Source of the DNA: Candidatus Latescibacterota bacterium
GTDB taxonomy: Bacteria > Latescibacterota > UBA2968
NCBI GenBank assembly: GCA_965207885.1
Contig: OZ242311.1
Coordinates: forward strand, 800,001 to 864,000
Direction of reading: 5' to 3'
Length of the DNA: 64,000 bases
Part shown: piece by piece, positions 47,066-57,374 of the stretch
How the letters are laid out: every line of letters begins with the position of its first letter
How positions within the stretch are numbered: the stretch's first letter is position 1
The notes under the pieces: model-generated
What the model was told of the DNA's origin: nothing
Database searches by the model: none
What the model saw: the letters and a program-made list of their open reading frames with translations, nothing else
Translations under genes and position numbers: made by a program

Positions 47066-47099
47066 CAAAAAAGGACACCCAATAGAGTGTCCTTTTTTG
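47066..47099 (-). terminator. groEL terminator
   Basis: CAAAAAAGGACAC...GTGTCCTTTTTTG inverted repeat just after the groEL stop. Confidence 0.85.
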
Positions 47100-47114
47100 C
47101 GACAAATGAACCGC

Positions 47115-49072
<1,958 letters not shown>

Positions 49073-49123
49073 TTTTATAGCCTCCTTATGCGAGGTGGAG
49101 TGAAAAGAAACGGATGATGTGTT

Positions 49124-49150
49124 TTAGCACTCTCATCTGTCGAGTGCTAA
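49124..49150. promoter_or_regulatory. CIRCE operator (HrcA site)
   Basis: Perfect TTAGCACTC-N9-GAGTGCTAA upstream of groES. Confidence 0.97.
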
Positions 49151-49160
49151 TGGGGCGGAG

Positions 49161-49189
49161 AATATATCAAAGACCTTTCAGAAGCGCAA
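49161..49189 (-). promoter_or_regulatory. Sigma70-type promoter for groESL
   Basis: TTGCGC-N17-TATATT with extended TG, directly upstream of CIRCE. Confidence 0.6.
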
Positions 49190-49190
49190 G

Positions 49191-49233
49191 AAAAAATAAA
49201 AAAAATGGGACAGTCTCGATGGAGATTGTCCCA
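49191..49233 (-). terminator. Terminator downstream of sodN
   Basis: TGGGACAATCTC-catc-GAGACTGTCCCA followed by a long U-tract on the minus strand. Confidence 0.75.
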
Positions 49234-49244
49234 GAAATTGTGAC

Positions 49245-49355
49245 GGGCGGGCACGGGGACACCGCCCCTACAATGATTGTGTTCAAACGCAGGAGATCGT
49301 AGGGGACGGTTCCCGTATAAGGGCATTACGGGACAGGCCCTGTGCCGTCCCGATC
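49245..49355. repeat. GTAG-family REP-like doublet; second unit carries a 27-nt insert
   Basis: ...GCCCCTAC at 49245-49271 and GTAGGGGAC...GCCGTCCCGATC at 49299-49355, versus the 30-nt unit at 22308-22337. Confidence 0.78.
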
Positions 49356-49364
49356 CCCGGTCCT

Positions 49365-49808
49365 TTATTTCGCATTGTAAAGCGTCTGAAAAGCGTTTAT
49401 GTGATCGCGCAAGGTCTGCGCGTTTTTCGGGTCTGTGGTTTGCTTGCATTTCATTGCCGTGCGTATAATTTTGTGCAGGGCTATTAGCTTTTCAGTATAG
49501 GCTGCGGCATCCCCTTCCGCAGGTTCTGTGATCCGCTGCGCCAGGAAGTATTGTGCGACAATGTCGCGAATCTGATCGGCATGGTGCTCTTTGTTGACGA
49601 CCCAACGCACGATCTGGTTGTTGTTTTTCTCGCTTTCTCCTGATAATTTATTGATTTCATTCATCGACTTTTCAATGGTGGTCACATTTTCCAATAGCAG
49701 AGCAAACCGATCCTCATCGCCATAGATCCCACACGGTATCTCGCAGTGCGCCCCGACGAGAATGGGAAAAAGGAATACGCTCAGCAAAGAAGCAGTAAAA
49801 TGTTTCAT
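49365..49808 (-). CDS. sodN: Nickel superoxide dismutase with signal peptide
   Basis: Ni-hook HCEIPCGIY immediately after a hydrophobic leader ending VGA; RWV..KE.HA, KCKQ. Confidence 0.93.
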   Translation of the reverse strand: MKHFTASLLSVFLFPILVGAHCEIPCGIYGDEDRFALLLENVTTIEKSMNEINKLSGESEKNNNQIVRWVVNKEHHADQIRDIVAQYFLAQRITEPAEGDAAAYTEKLIALHKIIRTAMKCKQTTDPKNAQTLRDHINAFQTLYNAK

Positions 49809-49829
49809 ATTGGTCTCCTTGTAAAAAGG

Positions 49830-49873
49830 TCAACGGGCGACCACAGGGGGTCGCCCCTACAAATTCGGATTAA
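49830..49873. repeat. GTAG-family REP-like unit
   Basis: Reverse complement of the 22347-22389 stretch, including flanks. Confidence 0.8.
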
Positions 49874-49905
49874 CAATTTGGAATATAATACAAATCAGCC
49901 CGGAT

Positions 49906-50985
49906 TCAAAACCCCCACATGCGCATTGCTGCGTCGGTTTTGATATTTACACCGATCTCGCGGAGCGGTTCGCGACTGTCCAATAGAAAGCGTTTGACGG
50001 CTTCTATTCCCACGATGATACCCAAACCGGGTTCCACGACCTCGCGCTCTTCAACCGAGATGTGATCGAGCAAGTCGGGCGATAATGTCGCCCCTTCATT
50101 TAGTTTTCGGTTGGGTACCAGCAATCGGAATGTTTCTGTTGTGGCTCCCCGACAAAGACCCACGAGTTCAAAATTGGGCAGTCCATCTCGCACGGCAACT
50201 ACGGGCCCGCCACTGTAGCCCGCACGGATGGGCGCATCGACAAAAAACCGATCTTTGTCTTCGTCCAAACTCACTGTGCCCGCAGTGAGGCGCATCTTGT
50301 TTTTTGGATGACCTGCGATATAGACAAAATTGCCCCATTGCAGATCCGATGTTTTGCCCAGCCGCCGAGAAAAAGGCGATGGGTCTCTCATCGGATTGGG
50401 AATATTGAGTTTGAGTAAAGCCAGATCTACTTCAGGGTCGAGGCGCACGATTTTTGCAGAGATGCTTTCGCCATTGCGATTGACTACGTGCAATGAGGTG
50501 CTGATTTTGATGGAAATCCGTTCGAGTACCTTCGTTTCTATGCCCCGGGCGTCCCGCATAAAATACCGAATGGTATCCGGTGCTGTCACCACATGTGCAT
50601 TTGTCAGTGCAATTGCCGTGTCGTATCGATTGGTCGAGGTTTGCCGCGTGACCACAAGCGCGGTGCCCACTTTGGAATAAGAATCGACGGTTTCGCGGAT
50701 ACCATCTCGCGCCAGCCGATACCCCGTTGGGCTGTTTTTATCTGTTAAAGGCAAATGGCGTGAAAAGCCCCTGTCATCTCTCATATTATGTGTGTAGAAC
50801 ACGTTGGCATATTGGGGCGTCCACACGACTTTTACGGTGGAGGTGAACAGGGTTTCAAATCCCGCCTGGGCATCGCCTCGCCCAACGGGTACGCGATAAT
50901 CGTATTCCCCATCGGGTGCCAGAACATATTGCGCGGCGCATCCCCCAAAGCACAAGAGAGCGATCAGGTAGTAGAGGTTTTGCAT
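49906..50985 (-). CDS. Trypsin-like serine protease lipoprotein
   Basis: Lipobox FGGC; triad TNAHV, DLALL, GYSGGP. Confidence 0.85.
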   Translation of the reverse strand: MQNLYYLIALLCFGGCAAQYVLAPDGEYDYRVPVGRGDAQAGFETLFTSTVKVVWTPQYANVFYTHNMRDDRGFSRHLPLTDKNSPTGYRLARDGIRETVDSYSKVGTALVVTRQTSTNRYDTAIALTNAHVVTAPDTIRYFMRDARGIETKVLERISIKISTSLHVVNRNGESISAKIVRLDPEVDLALLKLNIPNPMRDPSPFSRRLGKTSDLQWGNFVYIAGHPKNKMRLTAGTVSLDEDKDRFFVDAPIRAGYSGGPVVAVRDGLPNFELVGLCRGATTETFRLLVPNRKLNEGATLSPDLLDHISVEEREVVEPGLGIIVGIEAVKRFLLDSREPLREIGVNIKTDAAMRMWGF

Positions 50986-51106
50986 TGCTTTTTCGCGCCC
51001 TTTCCGTATATTTGCCCTGAGTTTTCCTCAGCAGTATAACACTTTCGTTCAAACACCGCCACCATATCTCCCGCCTATTTGTCTGCCATTGGCTCCTGTA
51101 AAAAAT

Positions 51107-53254
51107 ATGTCTGTCTCTCGTGATCAAGTACTGAATTTTGTGCGTCAACAACATAGGCGTCCGCTCAAAATCAGGGAACTTGCTCGCGCGCTTCGCGTTT
51201 CTGATCGGGCGTATTCAGATTTTCGCCGCCTGATTCGCGGCATGGTGCGCGATGGGTATCTCGTCAAGTTGCGCCGTAGCCGTTACGGGATTCCGTCTGA
51301 ACACAATCTCGTCGTTGGTCGCATCAGTGTCCAGGCCAGTGGATATGGCTTGCTCGCGCCCGACGATGGCGGCGCAGATATTTTCATTGGTGCGAGATAC
51401 ATGAGGCGTGCGCGACACGGCGACCGCGCTTTGGTGCGCCTCACGCGCAGGGCACAGGGCAGTGACCGCGCAGAGGGTGAGTTGGTTCGCATTGTGGAAC
51501 GCGCCGAGCAAACAATGGTGGGCACGTATGATGGCGTTTCTCTTGTGGTCTCCGACGATCCGCGCATTCGCGCACGCGTTCATATCCCCGATGACCTGAC
51601 CTGCGGAGCTAAGGCGGGGCAAAAGGTGGTTGTGCACCTTAAATATTCCTCACCCAATGCCCATCCCGATGGTCAGATTGTCGAGGTTCTGGGCAATGCG
51701 GACGATGCGGGGATTGAGACCCTGATTCTCATCAAAAAACTCGGCCTTCCTCTCGTTTTTCCTCAACATGTGCTCGAAGTTGTAGAAGAGATTACAGAAG
51801 ATATTCCCGCAGAGGAGATTGACCGTCGCCTCGATTTGCGCGATTTGACCTGTTTTACCATTGATCCAGTTGATGCGCGCGATCACGACGATGCCGTGTC
51901 GCTTCAGGTTCTCGATGATCAGACCTATTGTCTGGGTATTCACATTGCCGATGTCAGCTACTATGTTCCCGAAGGCTCGCCCCTTGATCACGAAGCTCTC
52001 TCCCGTGGTAGCAGTGTGTATTTTCCCGATCGCGTCATTCCCATGTTGCCGGAGAGGCTTTCTGCAAATATCTGTTCTCTACAGCCCGGTGAAGATCGCC
52101 TTGCTCTGAGTATTCTGGCGCATATTACCCCCGATGGCGAGTTGATAGACACCCAAATTGCAGAGACGGTTATACGCAGCCGCGCGAGCCTGTCTTATGA
52201 AGAGGTTCAGCGCGTGCTCGATTGCGATAGGGGCGCGGCCAATCCCGCCGAACCGTATGCCGATGTTCTCATGCATATGGAGGCTCTGAGTATTCGTCTG
52301 ACAGAGAAACGCATGGCAAGGGGTACGATTGATTTTGAGATTCCCGAACCGCGTATTGTCCTCGACGATCAGGGCCATCCCATTCACATTGGTCCCCGCG
52401 CCCGTTTGAATAGTCATCGCCTCATCGAAGAATTTATGCTTCTGGCAAATGAAATCGTTGCGCGGCGCATGGCCGATGGCGGTATCCCGATTCTCTATCG
52501 CGTCCACGAACCGCCCGACGGTGAAAAACTCGCCGAATTTTGCGATCTGGCGAGAACATTGGGGTATCGCCTTTCCAATCCTTCGCGGGCGGAAAATATC
52601 CAGGCGTTTCTCGCAAATTTCAAGGATGAGCCTGTTGGTCATATTTTGAGCCATCGCCTGTTGCGTTCAATGAAGAAAGCGGTGTACACACCCGAAAATG
52701 TCGGTCATTTCGGGTTGGCTTGCGATACTTATACGCATTTCACGTCGCCCATTCGGCGCTATCCCGATCTGATTCTTCACCGGATTTTGCGCGATGCGAT
52801 CAACGATGGTAGCACGCCCGGACAGATGGCGCGCCGCGCACGCCGCTTGCCCGATATTGGAGATCTGGCGACGCAACGCGAGATCGCCGCGCAACAGGCC
52901 GAGTGGGATGCTATTCGACTTATGCAAATTCTCTATTTGAAAGATAAGATGGGCGAGTGTTTTGATGCTGTTATCGTCGATGTGCGTTCTATTGGTTTTT
53001 TTGTTCAACTCAATGATGTACTCATCGAGGGCCTGGTTCACGTAAAAAATCTCTGGGATGATTATTATATTTACCACGAGTTGCAAGGCGCACTCGTGGG
53101 CGAATCCACGGGGACGACTTTCCGACTTGGGGATTCGGTTCAGGTACAACTCGCCCAGCTCGACCAGCAACGCCTGCGGATAGACTTTCACCTTTTGTCA
53201 CATACGCAAAATGATCGTCCCAAAGGATCGCGGAAGAGACGCGGGCGGAGATAG
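51107..53254 (+). CDS. rnr: Ribonuclease R
   Basis: N-terminal HTH, TIDPVDARDHDDA, VIPMLP, LIEEFMLLAN, HFTSPIRRYPD, S1 domain, basic tail. Confidence 0.95.
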   Translation: MSVSRDQVLNFVRQQHRRPLKIRELARALRVSDRAYSDFRRLIRGMVRDGYLVKLRRSRYGIPSEHNLVVGRISVQASGYGLLAPDDGGADIFIGARYMRRARHGDRALVRLTRRAQGSDRAEGELVRIVERAEQTMVGTYDGVSLVVSDDPRIRARVHIPDDLTCGAKAGQKVVVHLKYSSPNAHPDGQIVEVLGNADDAGIETLILIKKLGLPLVFPQHVLEVVEEITEDIPAEEIDRRLDLRDLTCFTIDPVDARDHDDAVSLQVLDDQTYCLGIHIADVSYYVPEGSPLDHEALSRGSSVYFPDRVIPMLPERLSANICSLQPGEDRLALSILAHITPDGELIDTQIAETVIRSRASLSYEEVQRVLDCDRGAANPAEPYADVLMHMEALSIRLTEKRMARGTIDFEIPEPRIVLDDQGHPIHIGPRARLNSHRLIEEFMLLANEIVARRMADGGIPILYRVHEPPDGEKLAEFCDLARTLGYRLSNPSRAENIQAFLANFKDEPVGHILSHRLLRSMKKAVYTPENVGHFGLACDTYTHFTSPIRRYPDLILHRILRDAINDGSTPGQMARRARRLPDIGDLATQREIAAQQAEWDAIRLMQILYLKDKMGECFDAVIVDVRSIGFFVQLNDVLIEGLVHVKNLWDDYYIYHELQGALVGESTGTTFRLGDSVQVQLAQLDQQRLRIDFHLLSHTQNDRPKGSRKRRGRR

Positions 53255-53335
53255 ACGCAATTTTGAACCTTTTGGACTCTCAAACATTAAAATAGGGGAT
53301 GGGGGGATGGGTCAAAATATACACGGGTATATATC

Positions 53336-54586
53336 ATGTCTTTCCGAGCCGGTTTTGTCGCAGTTTTACTTTTCGCGCTTCAGACCGCCTGGGGTGCCAA
53401 TACGAAGGATCTGCTTGAAGCGGACCGATTGAGTAAGCACCTCAAGGCGAAGGGCGATCAGAAAGAACATGTTGCCAAACACGTTTCCGCACTTCGCGAT
53501 ATCGTGATTGAATATCAAACTGAACGCGCGCGCCGAACCAACGAAGCCCTTTTGTGGCAGGGCTATATCCCAAAACTCAAGGATCTGAGAAGCCTGCGCC
53601 AGAGTGCGAATGACAGTGCCAGTGCCGTGTTTGATGCGCTCAAAACTGCGCTCGATAGCAAGCAAATTGAACGCCTGGATAAGCTCATTAAAAAGGGCGA
53701 TGTTTTTGCCATTCCCATTGCGGAATATCCCTATTACCACGTTCAAAACTCTCCGCTTTTTCCGGAGTTTTCGGGAAAAAAGGAGGTCTATAAACTCACC
53801 CTGCCTTCAGAACCCGATCCAGATAATACCTGGACATATCCCCAATTGCTCAAGGTATGGACTGTGCGCAGCTTTATTCCCTCGGTGCGTCCTATAGATG
53901 ATTTGCCGCAGGCACCGAGTATTGCCGATCATCCCGATTTGCAATTCCGGGAGTTGGGGGTTTCCGAACGCTATCGCGTCGTGCGTTCCCCGCTGCTCAT
54001 TTCAGCTACGCTGTACGTCCCGGATCTCGTGCGTTCAGAATTTGATATGTTGCAGACCCACTACGGTGCCGATAGCATTTCTGCCCAGACCTGGGACGAT
54101 TATGCGAGCCAGAACCAACTCGGTGACGATATTCAAATTCGCTTAAAATTCAATACCATCTACGACAAGGCATATCTCGATCTGAGTCGCTGGACAATTT
54201 ATCTCGAAGACAGCGAAGACATCGGGTATGAACCCGACAAAATTGAAGAGCGGGCATTTTATCCGCTCGAAGCACTCCAGGTGTCTGTGCCGGGCAGAGA
54301 AATTGAAGTCACAGATGTATTTGGCACGTATATTTATCCCACTTATACGCCCGGTGAAAAAGTGCGCTATTTTGCAGAGCCGCCCGTGAATATTACTTAT
54401 GTGGGCAATGAAAAATTGCTTATACTCTATTTTTCCGCGCACACTGTTATGAAAACACCGGTTGTTTCAGATCAGACGAAGTACATCAAACTCATCGTAC
54501 AGTCTCACGAAACCGATTTTGGCCGCAGCGAGATGATGTGGGAGTTCAAAAAACCCAAATCAAAAACTCGCCCACCCAGGGATTGA
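53336..54586 (+). CDS. Secreted hypothetical protein
   Basis: 416-aa ORF with signal peptide ending AWG/A, in operon-like spacing with the next gene. Confidence 0.75.
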   Translation: MSFRAGFVAVLLFALQTAWGANTKDLLEADRLSKHLKAKGDQKEHVAKHVSALRDIVIEYQTERARRTNEALLWQGYIPKLKDLRSLRQSANDSASAVFDALKTALDSKQIERLDKLIKKGDVFAIPIAEYPYYHVQNSPLFPEFSGKKEVYKLTLPSEPDPDNTWTYPQLLKVWTVRSFIPSVRPIDDLPQAPSIADHPDLQFRELGVSERYRVVRSPLLISATLYVPDLVRSEFDMLQTHYGADSISAQTWDDYASQNQLGDDIQIRLKFNTIYDKAYLDLSRWTIYLEDSEDIGYEPDKIEERAFYPLEALQVSVPGREIEVTDVFGTYIYPTYTPGEKVRYFAEPPVNITYVGNEKLLILYFSAHTVMKTPVVSDQTKYIKLIVQSHETDFGRSEMMWEFKKPKSKTRPPRD

Positions 54587-54588
54587 TC

Positions 54589-56493
54589 ATGCGTTACACA
54601 TTCTTTTGTTTGTTCACACTGCTCATCGGCTGTGTATCACCGCAGCAACCGCAGATTAGCTTGCGCTCTGTCCCCAAAAAATCACCCCCTCATCCCCATG
54701 CTGTCACGCACTTTTTGCGGGCGAGATTTGCAGAATCCGCAGGCCAACGCGATCGGGCTATTGAAGAATTGCAAGCCGCTGTGCAATACGACTCAACCTC
54801 TGCAACGCTCTACAGTGCACTGGCTCGCAATCTCAATGCTGTTCGGCGATTTCAACAGGCGGTTGAACCCGCGCGGCGAGCCGTTCAAATTGATCCCCAA
54901 AATGTGCAAACCCGCTGGCTCTATTACGAAGCCCTCAGCCGGGGCCTGCGCGATACTACCAGTGCGATTGACCAGTTGAATGCCATTGTGCGCCTCGCGC
55001 CGCGAGACCTGAGTGCTTATCAACATCTTTTTCAAATTTACAGGGCCAGAGGGCAGCGCAACAAAGTCATGACATTGCTCGATAGCGTTGTTGCCATGCC
55101 CGGACTGATGGGGGCGCGCGAAAAGCGCTTTGCCGCTGACATCTACAATCAGCAGCGCGCGTTTGACAAAGCAGCGCAAATCTATCGCGGTATCCTCAAA
55201 GACGATCCCAATAACGATGATCTCCAGTTTAAGCTGGGCATAACACATCTCTCTCGGGGCGATACGTTGGCTGCCGAACAAAATTTCCGGCGGATAATCG
55301 CGCGGCAAGATTATAGCGTTACCAGGGAGAACGTCCCGGTCTGGGTTCAATTAGTACACATTTACAGCCACGAACCCTATCTCAATTACCTCTTTGAGGA
55401 ACCAGATGCCCGTCTGGTCAATCAGTTGGGCAATGTGCTCCTCAGAATGGTGAAGGGGCGTCACGATCACGACGAGAAAATGCTATTTGTCGATATGGCC
55501 GAACGCGTTCTCAATCACCAGTTGCAAACCGATCCCGAAAACCAGACTCTGCTGGGCATAAAAGCCCGTTTGTTGCTCGATGCCAATCGTACGGCCGATG
55601 CGCGCAAAACCTATCGCCACGCCAACTTACAGGGTGAAAAGACCGAATATCATCTCGGCATTGCCCGTTCTTACAGGGCCGAGGAAAACTGGGCAAGCGC
55701 GCAACAGATTTTAGAAAAGCTCCATGGAGACACGCGCCCCGAAAGCGAGTATTACGATCAAATCGCGTTTGATCTTGCCCGCGTTTATTTGCGCCAAAAC
55801 GAAATTGCCAGTGCGCGCATTATCTATCAACAGGCTGTTGACGCGAGGCCCAAAAATACGGGTTTTCGCTACGAACTGGCGCGTACATATCTTTTTGATC
55901 GCAACTGGGAAAGAGCCATTCCTCTGCTGGAGCCACTCGTCGCCGATACGGAAAATAATCCCGAGTTTCTCGAGCATGTCCTCTTCGATCTGGGACGCAG
56001 CCTTGAACGGGCGGGACATTTCGATCGCGCTGTCGCGGTATTTCAGCGCCTTTTGGCACTGGATCAGGATCACGCAGATGCCAGCAATTATTTGGGGTAT
56101 ATGCTCGCCGAGCGCGGTGAACGCCTCACCGAGGCAAAAAAGTTAATTGAACGCGCTCTGAAAATTGACCCGGAGAACGGCGCTTATCTCGACAGCCTCG
56201 GCTGGGTCTATTATCAGCTCAAGCAGTACGAAAACGCCGCGCGTTGGCTCGACCGTGCACTCGCCGTAGAGGAAGAAACCCTTCGCCAAACCGATCCCAA
56301 TTCCCCAATTGTAGATGGTCTGCGCGAAAATCTCGCGGTTATTCACGAGCACGCGGGCGACGCAGCGCAAAAAATGGGTGATCTCGACCGCGCGAGCCAC
56401 CACTATGAACGCGCTATAGAATTTGATCCCGACAATCAAACTCTGCGGGAAAAATTCAAAAATCTTTCCAGAGATGCGAGTTATTCCGAATAG
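54589..56493 (+). CDS. TPR-repeat lipoprotein
   Basis: Lipobox LIGC; many TPR helices; NYLGYMLA and AYLDSLGWVYY. Confidence 0.88.
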   Translation: MRYTFFCLFTLLIGCVSPQQPQISLRSVPKKSPPHPHAVTHFLRARFAESAGQRDRAIEELQAAVQYDSTSATLYSALARNLNAVRRFQQAVEPARRAVQIDPQNVQTRWLYYEALSRGLRDTTSAIDQLNAIVRLAPRDLSAYQHLFQIYRARGQRNKVMTLLDSVVAMPGLMGAREKRFAADIYNQQRAFDKAAQIYRGILKDDPNNDDLQFKLGITHLSRGDTLAAEQNFRRIIARQDYSVTRENVPVWVQLVHIYSHEPYLNYLFEEPDARLVNQLGNVLLRMVKGRHDHDEKMLFVDMAERVLNHQLQTDPENQTLLGIKARLLLDANRTADARKTYRHANLQGEKTEYHLGIARSYRAEENWASAQQILEKLHGDTRPESEYYDQIAFDLARVYLRQNEIASARIIYQQAVDARPKNTGFRYELARTYLFDRNWERAIPLLEPLVADTENNPEFLEHVLFDLGRSLERAGHFDRAVAVFQRLLALDQDHADASNYLGYMLAERGERLTEAKKLIERALKIDPENGAYLDSLGWVYYQLKQYENAARWLDRALAVEEETLRQTDPNSPIVDGLRENLAVIHEHAGDAAQKMGDLDRASHHYERAIEFDPDNQTLREKFKNLSRDASYSE

Positions 56494-56521
56494 ACGAACC
56501 CCGCCCTGCCTCAAATGCCAA

Positions 56522-57292
56522 ATGCACAATCCTAAATATCTCCTTATTCTCCTCTCTCTGATCGCTGGCTGTGTCGCCAATCGTCCCGCTCTCTTGCCGC
56601 CTGTTACTTCTTCAACCGAATTTTTCCATCTCATCGCTACCCGCTACGACAGTTTGCACAATCAGGAGGTTCGCGCGAGTATTGACCTCACTATTGATGG
56701 GGTGCGCGAACGCAGGGCTTCTGCGCTTGTACGCCACCGATTTCCTTCGGATCTCAAACTCGTGGTTGGCGGTTTCGGTACCGTGGTCATGGCCGCGCGT
56801 GCCCAGGATGATACGCTGCACGTTCACCTGCCCCGTGAGAATCGCTATCTCGTGGGTCCTCCCGAAGATGTGCTCTACGTGCTCACGGACGTCGATCTGT
56901 CCTATTATGCGTATGATCGCGCCATTCTCGGCTTGCCCAATCTCTCTCTCCTGGATGCCTCTCGCGTGGTGCGATTTGAACCCGGGGAAAAACATATTTT
57001 TTTCGAGTTGCAATACGATCTTTATTTGCGCCGTCTCTGGATTGAGGCAAGTACGGGTTTTTTGCGCGAGGAGAGGGTCTATAACGCCGATGGACAACTC
57101 GTATCGGCGCGCATGCTGTCCGATTATCGCATGGATGACGGTTTTGCACTACCCAGGCGTATCGAGATTCGGCAGGGTGAGGATGTGATGCTCATCCAGA
57201 TCAAATCGCGCGCTATTAATACGGGTCTGGCTGACAAGGACTTTGTTTTGCCCGTGCCCAGAGATGCCACGCGTCACGATATTCAACGGTGA
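56522..57292 (+). CDS. Lipoprotein, DUF4292/LolB-like
   Basis: Lipobox IAGC; beta-rich; Y....GFALPRRIEI; follows the TPR lipoprotein. Confidence 0.7.
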   Translation: MHNPKYLLILLSLIAGCVANRPALLPPVTSSTEFFHLIATRYDSLHNQEVRASIDLTIDGVRERRASALVRHRFPSDLKLVVGGFGTVVMAARAQDDTLHVHLPRENRYLVGPPEDVLYVLTDVDLSYYAYDRAILGLPNLSLLDASRVVRFEPGEKHIFFELQYDLYLRRLWIEASTGFLREERVYNADGQLVSARMLSDYRMDDGFALPRRIEIRQGEDVMLIQIKSRAINTGLADKDFVLPVPRDATRHDIQR

Positions 57293-57310
57293 ATACTGCG
57301 ACGCGAATGA

Positions 57311-57349
57311 TAAAAAGAGCACTGGTTCGTCAGAATCAGTGCTCTTTTA
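57311..57349. terminator. Bidirectional terminator
   Basis: AAAAGAGCACTGGTTC-gtca-GAATCAGTGCTCTTTT between convergent genes. Confidence 0.85.
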
Positions 57350-57374
57350 TTTTGTGCAAGGTGGAACGCGCCTG

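Noticed and set aside
46990-47070. Intact tRNA gene
   Set aside because: No 5' acceptor strand or D-arm, and a mismatched T-stem; kept only as a remnant
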